Assembly: GCA_964016885.1 (NCBI GenBank)
Contig: OZ024741.1
Location: forward strand, 162,378,001-162,442,000
Origin: Eledone cirrhosa
Taxonomy: Eukaryota
DNA: 64,000 bases
Direction: 5' to 3'
Below the pieces are notes generated by a model. The model was not told the origin of the DNA and ran no database searches. It worked only from the letters and a program-made list of their open reading frames with translations. This document shows positions 1 to 12,430 of this stretch, piece after piece; position 1 is the stretch's first letter; each line of letters opens with the position of its first letter. The position numbers were made by a program, and so were the translations under genes.

Positions 1-50
1 ATAAATAAATTTCTCTTGGGATTCATTGTTTGAAGCCATTTTATTCAAAG

Positions 51-857
51 TTGCTCTAGTTATAATTTAAAAAAAAGACTTTATCAAAACTGTTCTGGGA
101 GTGTCTTTTTGTATGCAAATGCATACTATCAGGTATGTTTTATATTTCTGCAGAGATAGATACATTTTGAGAAAATTTAATTGCAAAATGGAGTCAAAGA
201 AATCACTATAACCTTCATTTAGTAATTAATAGGTTGTATTGGCAAGAGCTAAGTTAATTTATCTGTGTCAAATAAAACAATTGAATTCTATAAATATGAG
301 CATATGTTGGTTTTTTCGAAATAGCTCTAGTTATAGAAACTACATATATCAGACAAATAAAATGGAAAAGTGTACTTTTTTAACTAAATCTTTCATCATT
401 TATTTTGTTGACAGTACATAATTTCTGATTTCCAAATCTTTATTCCTCAAGAGCTGAGTGTCAGAAACTGTAAATGATTAAATGTCATGGAAAGTCTTTT
501 TCTGTTTTATGATTACACCCTGCCAAACCATGGTTGTTTTGGTTTTCTATATATAAATTAACTTATTTGGCAAGTGACTCCATCAGAGACCGTTGGTTGA
601 AATTGAATTGTTCACCGACACACTTATGTCAGCGACTGATCAAATCGCAGAGGTGCGATGAATATTTTGATACTATGGCTAAAATGTTTTTTTCACGATG
701 TAATTGTTAAATTAAGCCAAATTATTATGAATGTTTCGTAATTTGTCTCTTTTTTTTGTCTATATTGTAGGCCATATTGAACCTGACACAAAAAAGATCT
801 CGAGTCAATCTTTTCCAAACACCAAATAGCCTCTACATCCTTCAATTTGGGTTATGA
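51..857 (+). other. Possible 3' exons of an unidentified + strand transcript (exon ending at 132, next exon from 771)
   Basis: Donor-like CAG|GTATGT at 132/133 and a polypyrimidine tract with TAG acceptor at ~745-770. No recognisable protein is encoded. Confidence 0.25.
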
Positions 858-1342
858 CAAGTTCCTTTTTAAAATTTATAAACAGGTTAAATACTATGAA
901 ATTTGTCCACCTGTTTCTCTTCTGAAACAGAAGAATCTCTCAAAATCTTTCTTTCAAAGCCACAACAAAAAATAAGAAAAAAATGTTGCCCAAAACACTT
1001 GGATTCATCTTTTCATCAGTCAAATAGCGGCTGTTGGTGGCAGGGGCCAAGCCAGTGTTTGAATAGGAACCCCTTTTATTTAAAAGTTGGTTTTAGTTAT
1101 TTAAAAGAATTTTCTTTTGTAAACAGATATGCATACTAAACGTGTGTATAAACGATTAGTATGTAATGATTTTAAATTTGAAGTGGAAAATAAACATGTT
1201 TACCTCTTCTAAATAAAGTCAGCTTGGAATATATTATATAAATCTATATAAATATAAAGGATCCCATGAGCATTAAAGTAGAAAAGTGAATTACTTTTCT
1301 CATATGAAAACTAAAAAAAAATGTAGCTGTTTGAAATTGTCT

Positions 1343-1433
1343 GTGATGAGGACTCACTTTCAAGCAGTGTTCAAAACTGACCTCTCTTTCTCTCTCCACT
1401 TTCTACTGTTTGAGGAGCAGAGTCCATAACTGA
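1343..1433 (+). ncRNA. Candidate box C/D snoRNA
   Basis: C GTGATGA (1343), D' CTGA (1377), C' TTGAGGA (1410), D CTGA (1430) in canonical order over 91 nt; internal GGACTC/GAGTCC complementarity. Terminal stem is weak and no target was identified. Confidence 0.35.
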
Positions 1434-2010
1434 TAGCCAGAAACTAAAAATACAACCTAATATTTTCATTGGTTTAACTTGTATATTTCTGGAAAAACCT
1501 ACCCTCTATTTGGCTGCCATCTTGGACAAACACGCCTGATGCTCTTTTGTGTCTACTATTCCATTTATTTTATTTTCATGCTGTGTACATAAAGGTGTAT
1601 CATATTCACTGGAAAGTATTCTACTGTAAATAGTATTAAAGTGTAGAGATTAAGGAGAAACTTACATATATTTGTTGTTGTCTTTCATTGTTCGTCTGCA
1701 TGTTTGAATTATACAGGGATGACCCAGAAATGGCTGTTTAATTCTTAAAAATTTTTCATACACACTGGATAAGTACTTAGTGTTTTAATTAATGGTAACC
1801 AAAAAGAGCTCTTAACTCTTGATAGTAAGCTACTGTTTTAAAGTGTTTTTATATATAAGGTCGGGGGAGGACTCTTCAGCTGTGTCAAAAGCATAACTTC
1901 CCGAGTGCTGATGCCACGATAAAATGCACTGAGTACAGGAACGTATATAAGTGAAATGTGGGTCCCCCCAGGCATTAAATGAACAAAGGAAGATGAAAAT
2001 GCATTCAAAA

Positions 2011-2016
2011 TTTATT
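2011..2016 (-). promoter_or_regulatory. Candidate NIP7 polyadenylation signal AATAAA
   Basis: TTTATT on the + strand about 70 nt downstream of the stop codon. Confidence 0.5.
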
Positions 2017-2086
2017 TAAATGAATAGGCAAAACTAAAAAATATATATATATACATCTAGAAATATACAATTTAGTCTCATACAAT

Positions 2087-2206
2087 TTAAATTATTTTAT
2101 CTTCATTTCTGAGATATTCTCCTATGTCTGCTTGATGAAATGCTATGATATCCATTGGGTCTGCTCTTCGACAATCTTGGGTTGATTTAGATGCTACACC
2201 AAATCC
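2087..2206 (-). CDS. NIP7: NIP7 coding exon 5 (terminal)
   Basis: tttcAG acceptor, [42 protein letters not shown]. The five exons sum to 543 nt = 180 aa + stop. Confidence 0.95.
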   Translation of the reverse strand, partial: GFGVASKSTQDCRRADPMDIIAFHQADIGEYLRNEDKII

Positions 2207-2379
2207 CTGAAATATATAGAATTGAGAAACAATGAAAGTTTAACAAGCTTTAATTTCTATATATAGTCAAGAAAAAAATCAATATATTACAAGTGCATCC
2301 ACCTACACATTTCTTTATAGAATACACTCGTAACACATTTCATACTAGTGTTTAGATTTATCTCAAAACATTCCATCCT

Positions 2380-3060
2380 AATTTTATGCAAGAACCATTA
2401 AATTGAACACCAGATCAATAATCAGAAATATTCAAATAATTAAATGACCATAAAAAATATGAAGCCAGGGAAAGCAGTTGGCATTGGAAATATCCAACAA
2501 GTAGGGATCAATATAGCTCTAGAAAGAAGCAAGGTATTGTGGATCAAGCTTTGCACAACCGAAAAGGAATAAAATGCAGTTTGGATTTGTGTCAGGCTGT
2601 TGTGCTGCTTTCTATTAAGAGAACTGCAAATGAAGGTCTTAGCTAAGCATAAGCCATATTTCAAAGAATTTGTTGATCTTTGACAAGATAACATTTTATA
2701 ATATAGAATTTAATGTAAGCTAGGAAGGAGTTCAGTGAGGTTTTCAGCCCCTTCTAATATATTTTCTGGGTCATAACAGGAGTTTAAGACAGTCCATAAG
2801 AACATGACAGTACTTGAATCTACAGAGGATTTAGAGAAGAAATACCAGAAATGTAAACAAAAGTAGGAAAGACGACTATAGCCTGTTGCCACCAGGAAAA
2901 AGTGGCTGTGCTTCATATACAGAGAAGGTAGACTACAAGTAGTCAGCAGTAACACAAACGCCCTAATTAGCTGTAAAAGAACATGCCCAGAAAGCTTAGT
3001 AGCTGGAACATGAATACATTAGGAAAACGTTCAAGGAGCTATGGCATGTTTGCTTTTGCT
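2380..3060 (+). mobile_element. Highly decayed LINE reverse-transcriptase fragment
   Basis: Residual motif KNMKPGKAVG, with frameshifted RT-like stretches downstream. Confidence 0.45.
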
Positions 3061-3299
3061 GAGGGAAAAGTCATAATGCGTGTGTGTTCAGTGCATAAGA
3101 CATTGTCACTTTAGCCAAATCAGGTGACCATGTCTAGCTCATACAGATCTGTTTTCAGCTTGTCTTCTATGACTGGATGCCCTTCCTAATGCCAACCACA
3201 GTGTGTACTGGGAGCTTTTCTCATGGCACTATCACCTTACAAGGAGGACTGGAGCTTTTGAATGAAAGAAGTTAATTTTTCTATATGTATGTGTGTGTG

Positions 3300-4865
3300 T
3301 ATATATATGAACCTTCGGGAATAGTTGCTGAGAGCATCTGGAATGATGTGTCATATCATAGTCACCCGCATTGTAAACCAAGTAATTCAAAATGATGTCA
3401 TACCCAATGACTGGTGTGGCAGCATCGTCAACTGCAACAAGGGCAAAAGAGATGCTCTAGACAGAAAACTACAGATGCAGAAAGTTGGATGATCAGGTTA
3501 TGAAGGTCACAGAAAGAGTTTTAGCACAGCTGATTAGGGATCAAGTTAACCTACATGAGATGCAGTTTGGACTTGTACCATAGATGTCCTCCTTCTTGTG
3601 GGGGCAACTGCAGAAGTATCTAACTAAAGGTAAATCCCTTTTGTGGACCTGGAGAAAACTTTTGACAAAATCCACCATTCCATTATCTAGTGGGCTCTTA
3701 GAAAACTAGGAGTAGCCATGTATAGAAGAACAGTCAGCAAGGTTAGAATTAACAATGACTACAGCCAAGAATTTAACATGCAGGTTGGTGTCCATCAGGG
3801 CTGTTCTGAGCGCACTCCTGTTTATTATAATGGAGGAGTTTAAGACTGGCTGCCATGGGAACTCCTGAATCTATGGCAGAATTAGAGAAGAAATTCCAAA
3901 CCTAGAATCAAAAGGTCTTAAAGTTCTAGTATATAGGGAAAAGGCCTTGCTCAGTGTGTAGAAAAGGAGTAGGTAGAAATGCCATCCTATGTCCCAAATG
4001 AAAACTGAATACACAAGAGATGTAGTGGGATCTAAGGTAGGCTAGCAAAGAATGCAGTAAGTAGCAAGAGCCCACAGTAAAAAAGCTCCTTCAAATGTCC
4101 AGAAGGCTCTGTAGTAGTAGATAGTTTCTGCTACCTGGGTGACTAAATTAGTAGTGGAGATGGGTGTCTTGAAAGCACAGTAGTTAGAGTGAGAACAGGT
4201 TGGAGAAAGTTCAGCAAGTTACTACTGCTGCTAACTGCAAGAGGTTTTTTCCTCAAAATGAAGGGCAGATTATATGATGCATGTATACGCACAATAATGT
4301 TACATGGTAGTGGGACCTGGACACTACATGAATAGCAAAGCTTAAATGAACTGAGAGAGAAATTAGGTATAAGAGGGATCAGATGCAGGAGAGGAGATTG
4401 CATTGGTATGGACATGTGATGCATATGAAGGATGAAACTGTGGGGCAGGAAGACTTGGGATGAGATGATAATTGCACCTCTCGAAGGTGATGGCACAGGA
4501 TAGTGATCTCTGGTGTTATGCAGTAATACAGCAGACCTGCCTTCCTATGTATAAGGGTTGAGGCATCTAGTATGCACCACACCCCTTCCATGTCCCAAAA
4601 CCCACTCCCCTCATGTCCCCTATCCACACAGTAAAGTGGTCATTTTGGTACCATGAGTAAAGTGGTTGTATAGGGTGTTACGGCAAAAAGCACCCAGTAC
4701 ACACTAAATGGGGTTGGCATTTGGAAGGGCATCTATCCATAGAAACCAAGCCAAAATCAGTTCTGTACGAACAAAACACAGTCATCTGATGTGGCTTGTC
4801 TCACAATATGACAGTTCATCTAACGTATGCTAACGTGGAATATGGACGTTAAACGGTGATGATAT
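3300..4865 (+). mobile_element. Decayed RTE-type LINE, RT region plus 3' UTR with (GAT)n tail
   Basis: Frameshifted FVDLEKTFD, GVHQG and FCYLGD motifs; ends ggacgttaaacggtgatgat. Same family as 10725-11860. Confidence 0.8.
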
Positions 4866-5449
4866 ATATATATATATATACATATACATCTCAGAAATAC
4901 TGACTTGTGGGAGAGTGTATGTGTGTGTGCATGTTTTGGAATGTATTATCAATATATACAGATGTACGAAAAGAGAAAACTACATTTTTGATATGCAATT
5001 AATACTCGCATAAACATATTTTGCCTCCTAGTTTAATTTAATGTAATGAGGTTTTTTTTCGCAACAAAATTTTCTTTTATCAGCACTTGGATACTCAATA
5101 TGTAGTAAGTTGCATATAATTAGAAAGCAAAATATCATTCATGACAGGAGAATACTTATATTTAGTGAAGCCAGAAAGCTGTATAGATACAAGGACAGAA
5201 ATCCACACACACAAATAGTCTTGCATTCTAAATACAGTGAGTAGGAGAAAGCTTCAATCAACCAAAACTCTCTTTAGGGTTGTCAGAATAAGTATGCAAG
5301 GGAGAGAACTGATCTGAGCTAAGCTTTTTCGAACAATTTTAGACAATGCAGTGGGAATGGACCTTATATATAAGCCAACATGGTGAAAACAGCACATCTA
5401 TATATCAAGTTGGACAGGTTAGAATCTATTAACATATATATAATATATA

Positions 5450-6485
5450 TGTCATCATGGCTTGGCTTCGTGAATGAAGATTAAGAATGGAGTGGTTCAC
5501 ATTAGCTGTAGGCACACTCATGACAGTTTAGGCCAATGTAGGACAGACAGACATGGTTGCAGCAGCTACAACTGAAGGTCTGGTCAGGGTTTGATGACGT
5601 AGTGTGGCAGTACTTCCTCCTGCACCTTTTTTCAATTCAGTCTCGCTAATGGAGATATGGGAAGGGTGGTATTCTTCCCGAGGTGCGGGCCAGTGGAATA
5701 CTGACTTCTAGCCAAAGGATCTTGGCAGTCCCTGTGAAGCAGGAAGTGATGCGCTGCAAGGCTCTTTCCATGAAGGCAACTAGAGCAGCATCATTGGCAC
5801 AGGGGAGGTTTCGGATTTGTTGCTCCAGTCTTTGTGTGGGCCTGTAGTTGGTGAAGATTAAACTGGTTGCCATCAAGACAGTATCTAATGTAAACTCCGT
5901 CCCCTTCAAGATCTTTTGTGGCCTGCTTGAGCATCATGTTGAAGATGGTGTTGGCGCAGGGACACATTTACACCATTAATGATCGAGAAGGGCTCTGAAA
6001 AGTTACTTCTGAGTCTGACTTGGTCACGCTGGTCTTCATGCAGCTGGATGACCATGTTCAGGAACTTTTGGGGACAGCTGAGACGTTTCATGATCTGCCA
6101 CATTCCTTTTCTGCTCAATGTGTCGAATGCTTTAGACAAGTCAACGAACACTACATAGAACACTTTATTTTGCTCCTGGCACTTCTCTTGGAGCTGCCTG
6201 AGAAAAACACCATGTCTGTGAGGCTCCTGTTGACTCTGAAGTTGCACTAGCCCTCTGAGAGGTTTTCTCCAGTGGTATCAGTCTGTTCAGCAGAATCCTT
6301 ACAAGGATTTTTCCTGCAATAGAGGGTATAGCAATCTCCCAGTAATTTAAGTAGTCTGACTTCTCCCCTTTGTTCTTGTACAGTGATGATGACTGCATCG
6401 CAGAGATTTTGTGGGAGATTGACCTGCTCCCAGCAACAGACAAAGAGCTCATGGATTTTTGCATGAAACACTGGGCCTCCCTACT
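5450..6485 (-). mobile_element. RTE/BovB-like LINE fragment (RT with internal deletions, 3' end)
   Basis: SIAGKILVRILLNRL, LRQLQEKCQEQNK..VFVDLSKAFDT, LPCANDAALVA; 3' end tcttcattcacgaagccaagccatgatg. Confidence 0.85.
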
Positions 6486-9400
6486 TTTAAATCTTAAATG
6501 ACTAGTGCTAAACTTAACTATTAAAATACTATGCAGAATTAAAAAAGCAAACCAACATGAATAACACTTGCAGTAAAAATTAATTGTTTCTACTTTAGGC
6601 ACAAGGCCAGCAATTACCCAGTGCATTACTGGTACTTTATTTTATCAACCCCGAAAGGATGAAAGGCAAAGTCAACCTCGGCGGGATTTGAACTCAGATC
6701 GTAAAGGGACGTAACTATGCTAGAAAGCATGGCGTCCGACACTCTACCGATACTGCCAATCCACTTGCAGTAAAAATTAATGATGCTGACTTGAAATATA
6801 TTAGCGTCATTCATAATGTGTATATTATGAATAATACTATGTTAGTGCTACTACTAATTAATCCTAGCTAGTCAAGCCTGCACTATATGAAAATGAGCAT
6901 CTTCATTAGGTGTAAAAAAGTATAAAAGTATAAAAAAGTATAAAAGCTATAACCTATTCTTGTCTCAGTGCAGATGATGGATAAAAATCCTGAAACACTT
7001 GTGTCTAGCATTCTCACACAGTTACTGAGATAGCTGTGACATGATCACTGCTTAAAACATCTTCTTTCGAAGGCAGAAGCATGTAATTTGGCTGCTATAT
7101 CTAACTTGAGGTCTTGTGTTCGCAGCATCATTACGTATGTTTATCATACAACCCATGCTAGCATGGAAAATGGATGTTAAACGAAGATAATGATGAAACA
7201 TATTGTATATTCGTTCTATCATCTTATTCCTAGGAGGGTCATGGGGCAGAGTCCTCATATACACCTGCCAGTGGGTTTTATAAGAAGCAATTGTCTCCAA
7301 TTGATGGCTGGATCCCAAAGTAAGACCAGCCAAGCTCATGCATTTTATCCAACCATTTTGCCAGTTGGTTTTGCTTATAAAATCTCTCCAGTGATTCTTT
7401 CCTTAGACAATTCTGACATGTCCATAGTATCAGAGCTGTGATCTCCCAATTCAGAGAAGCAGTGGCTCTACTTAAAGCGAATCCCTCATCCCCGAGCTAC
7501 ACGCACTCTATCGAGCAACATTATTCCATAGACCCTACGAAGGAACCCCATTTCAGCTGCTAGTATTCTTTCGGTCATTACTCAAGATTCAAGACCATAG
7601 GCAAAGGTTGATATGAATACAGAATTGAAGATAGCAATTTTGGCTTTTACATCTACCTCCTTTCTTCTGATGACCAATTACTGCACTTGCAATTCTTACA
7701 CTTAATTCAGTTTATTATACATCTCTATTAACTCTAATATTGGATGCTAGCAATGTACACCATGCTAGACAGTGGGCAGCAAGTTCTTAAACTACAATGT
7801 AATAATTGTTTCTATGTTAGGCACAAAGCCAGCAATTACCCAGTGCATTACTGGTACTTTATTTTATCGACCCCTTAAGGATGAAAGGCAATGTAATAAT
7901 ATTTTCAAATCAGTCACTCCTACTTTTCCTTAGTATGAATTCACCAGAAGAGAAAAAGCTACATCAATCAATGATGTATGAGATTAATTTAGATTGAACT
8001 TCTGTTGGTTATATGGACTCATAACTCCCGATAGAGTCATAAGGGTGTCTCATGACTCCATCACTCTCCAGGTTTGAACAAGGCCAATTTCTGCCAGATG
8101 CTGATGTCAATATAAAAAAATATATGGTGAGGTAATAGCAGAATACCTGTAAAAAAATGTTTAGTTTGGGATGCAAGTGGTGAGACAGGATAATGTAGGA
8201 TAAAAAATAACAAGTACCATTGGATGGAAGTAGTCACAAGAATAGTGGACTGTTGTAGTGATAGAAAAGGCACAGAGAAGAACAAAATGCACCTGTGACT
8301 AAGTTATTGCACCATCTTGATAACTGAACATTTGTTGACCAGCCAACCATAATGACACTCCCAGATAAGTGATCAATGCTCTATTGATGATTTAGGATTA
8401 GCTTTGTAGAAAGCCAGCAATTGGTCAAAGATGAAGTATTTTCTGTTCTCTAAAAATCCTAGTCTTTCTGATACGGTTTTGACAATGTTATATATGTCAA
8501 CACTGTTTACACTCTCTGTCATGTTTAACTTAAAAAAACAAAGCCAAAGCAGAGTAGAGAGAATATTTTACCCTTGCAGGGAACAAAGCAGACTAGAATT
8601 AATGCTACTATAAAATGTACCCAGTAAGCTCTGTAATGTGGTTTGTATCAGGAAGGGTGCTCTACCAGAGAAACCATGGCAAAACAGATTCCATGAGTGA
8701 GATGTAGTCTTTCAGTATATCTAGCAACTCCGAATCGGAGATGACTTTGACCAAGAGAACCCATGCCAATATCTAAAACAGATACAAATCAATTGATAAT
8801 GACCTCACTATAGGTTACCGAGTTTTATTTGCATTATTCATGTGTAATGATTGTCTATTGGGGATGCTGTTGAAGGAGATGTCATTTAAGTTGACATTGA
8901 AGGATGCTATCATAGAAGCATTTAAGTGTAGTGTGAGCTAACTAGATTGTATGATGTAGCAGTTTAAGAATGAACATCTGTGTAAGAAAGTATTTGGTTA
9001 GAAATCACATCATTATCATTAACCCTTTAGCATTTACATTACACTATATTTACTATTGTATTTTCATGGTAAAGGCTTTACCTCACATAATATCGAATCT
9101 ATGAGATTTTGATATTATTTTAAGAACACCTCAATATCAGTATGAACAGAAAGAGGTGAGAAAATTCTGGCTAGATACGGCCGGTTTAAATGCTGAAGGA
9201 TTAATGCTAAAAGTTATAGCATAAAGTAATGATGTACAGAAAGAACATGAAGATATTAATGAATTTAGAAATGTATCACAGTTAAGAGAGACTCATCAGT
9301 ATACATGGTCATGGAGTAGACTGACAGGAAAATTGATCAGTATGTCAGCATCCCATGGATATAATGATAGTATATAGCCATAACTTAACTAGGATGGTCT

Positions 9401-10372
9401 CACTCCAGAAATAATCTAGTGGCAATAGCGAAAACATTGTTTCTTTTTTTACAAATGTACTCAGAAGCAAGGAACCATTGGGAAAGAGTTTCAAGGTGAT
9501 GAAATAAATCCTTTAAGACTGTCTTCATCACCTTTGAGATGGTAAACACACTCAACTAAGATACAATACAATATGATTGAACTCAATACTTCTAGATTGC
9601 AAAGTGAGCTTTCTAACCACTTACTTACCTTTAAAATGTAAACATTTGCTGTGATTAGTAAATATTTGTTTCTCCGTTTGGCACAAGGCCAGCAATTACC
9701 CAGTGCATTACTGGTACTTTATTTTATCGACCCCGTAAGGATGAAAGGCAAAGTTAACCTCGGCGGAATTTGAACTCAGAATGGCAAGGGTCGTAACGTC
9801 AAATATGGCGTCCGACCCTCTACCAATACTGCCAATCCACCGCTGTGATTAGTAAATATTGTACAAAAAATATATGTGACTTCACCCTAAATAAATTTCA
9901 CAACTGAAGAATTGCTGTTTTGACTAAGCTGTATTTACAAATGCTCTTCTACATACACTGCTTATATTTTCAGGATAATCATCTTATGAGATGTAAAATA
10001 CCATCACACAAATTATTTTTGTACACTTAATAGAGCTCCATTAGCTGGAGTGTCTGATGCAGCAGATATCACTGAGATATACTGCCTAGACAAGAGTGTA
10101 GAGCTTGCCCCTAGCCTTCCCCTTATTTTCATTAATATTTTCTTTCTTACTGTGTGTTTATTTGCAACTGTAAAAGCTGTTCCATAAATATTAGTTACAG
10201 AAGCTTACATCTCATTAATTTTCTGACAGTACATAAGGAGAATAACTCTTGTACAATATTTCAGTGTAGTCACCCTTGGCAATAATTTTTTTCTCTTTAA
10301 AATATTTTTTTGATCTTGCAGCCCTATAATCAAAAGCGTCTTTTTTCTTTTTTAATATAACTATAGAACCAA

Positions 10373-10488
10373 ATTGTCCGATTCTGTACCCACCATTTTT
10401 CTATTGAAGACAGAAGCACGTAATTTGGCTGCTATATCTAACTTGAGGTCTTGTGTTTGCACCATCAAGTGTTTTTCAAGCAGATTCA
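10373..10488 (-). ncRNA. Candidate intronic H/ACA-like RNA in NIP7 intron 4
   Basis: On the sense strand: hairpin ATCTG-CTTGA..CTTG/CAAG..TCAAG-TAGAT with an internal loop, then ATAGCA (ANANNA), a second hairpin with TTCTGT/ACAGAA, then ACA+3 nt. About 70 nt of it recurs at ~7060-7130. Confidence 0.3.
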
Positions 10489-10555
10489 ATTTGCCAAGAA
10501 TAAAAGTGTTAGTGTATATGTAAATATAATTACATGTATATAAAATAAGACTTAC

Positions 10556-10696
10556 CAAAGGCAAATCATTCATATTGTATACAACAACACCTTGATACTG
10601 GTTAGTGTTTTCTGTGATTCTGCCAAGACCAGCTTTCATTACATGGTTTCCATACAAAAATTGTTGTTCTGCATTTGGCTTCAGCCATATCTTGAA
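10556..10696 (-). CDS. NIP7: NIP7 coding exon 4 (PUA domain)
   Basis: acAG acceptor, [52 protein letters not shown] donor; 141 nt. Confidence 0.96.
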
Positions 10697-10724
10697 CTGT
10701 AATGGTAAAAAACAAACAAACAAT

Positions 10725-11860
10725 CATCATCATCATCATCGTTTAACGTCCATATTCCACGCTTGCATGGGTTTGGACGGGAATTTTACCACTTGAGGCA
10801 AGATTGGTTGTCTTGCTCGTATAGGACTGTCTGGCGGGTTTTCTATGGCTGGATGCCCTTCCAAACACCAACCATGTTTACAGTGTGGACTGGGAGGTTT
10901 TTGCCGTGTTACATACACGGCCACATTACAGCGTGGACTGTGTGTTTTTTTGTCGTGACACCTACACGACCTCATTTATTTAGGACTGGATGTTGCGGTA
11001 CCAACATAACTTTACATCGAAAGGGGTGGTGTGGATAGGGTGGGGGTGTATTTTTGTTAAGAGGTGCCTACTGACTGTAGGTTTCGCTTTCTACTTAGGT
11101 AAGGCGGGTCTTCTGTATTACTGTGTATCGCCAAAGATCTCGGTCCAGTGACACTGTCTTGGAGAGGTGTAAGTGTGTGAGGTCGGAATTTATCAAGTCG
11201 TCCCAGGTTTTTCTGGGTCTGCCTACTCCGTAGCTACCGTCTATTTTTATCACCCTGCACTTTTTTATACAGCTGTCGTCTTTCATGCGACCATACCAAC
11301 GTAGTCTTCTCTCGAGTAAACATCTGATCTCTCTTATTCCTAATTTCTCCCTTAGTTCATTTATGCTTTGCCATTCACGTATATTACTATTACACATCCA
11401 ACAGAGCATGCAAGCTTCGTTCCTCTCCAGTCTGCATATATCCTCTGCACACAAGGCCCATGTCTCACTGCCAGGTAGCATTGCTGTTCATATACAGGCA
11501 TCATACAATCTGCCTTTCCTTTTTAGAGAGAACACTTTAGCGGCCAATAGTGGTATAAGTTCTCTGAACTTTCTCCATCCCGTTCTGACTCTAGCTACTG
11601 TACTTTCAGAGCACCCTCCACCACTGCTGATTTTGTCACCCAGGTAACGGAAGGTGTCCTCTATTTCTATAGAACCACCTGTGCAATGGAATGAGCTAGT
11701 ATTCTGTGGGCATTTGCTGCTACTTATTGCACCAGAGCACCGGCCACATATAAAATCTATATTCTTAGTTAGCTTACCTGTGATCCCATTACATCTTTTA
11801 TGCACCCATACTTTGCATTTGGGACATAAAATGGAGTTTCTGCCTATATATGATATAACA
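10725..11860 (-). mobile_element. 5'-truncated RTE-type LINE (PHD-like C..C...VH..C region, RT thumb, 3' UTR, (GAT)n tail)
   Basis: CPKCKVWVHKRC, FRYLGD, GWRKFREL, GSETW, RRLRWYG, GRPRKTW; the 3' UTR is near-identical to 16405-16775. Confidence 0.9.
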
Positions 11861-12079
11861 CATATATCATCAGTCATTTTAACGTCCGCTTTCCCACACT
11901 ATGAATGTGGTTGCTGTAAAATCCCCGGCCAAATTTGGACGACCCATCGAACTCATGCAAACATGGAAAAATGGATGCTAACAGTGATGATGATTTTCCT
12001 GCTACCAAGGGTCGAATGGGTTTACATAGACAAAGTCAATACTGAAGTAAAGCTGCTGATCATCCAGGCAGGCCAGGAA

Positions 12080-12430
12080 TCATCATCATCATCATCATCA
12101 TTTCATTTCACGTCTGCTTTTTCCCTGCTTGCAAGGGTGGGACGGGAACTGATTCTGGCTTGATTTCTACAGCTGGATGCCCTTCCTAACACCAACCTCA
12201 TTTACAGTGAGTGCTGGGTGCTTTTTTGCCGTGGCACCTCCACGACCAGTTTGCAGTGGAATGATATGGACCCCAGTCCCTATCATCTCATTTCTACAGC
12301 TGAGTAAACTGGAGCAATGTGAAATAAAGTGTCTTGCTCAAGGAAACAACACATCACCCAGTCTGAAAATTGAACTCACAACCTTTCGATTGCAAGGCCA
12401 ATGCTCTAACCACTAACCCATGTGCCTCCA
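12080..12430 (-). mobile_element. Full-length tRNA-headed SINE with CORE-like body and RTE-type (GAT)n tail; near-identical copy at ~54505-54841
   Basis: Minus strand tggaggcacatggg.tagtggttagagc (A box), gagttcaatt (B box), ccttgagcaagacac, ggaagggcatccagc, tail gatgatgat. Confidence 0.85.
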
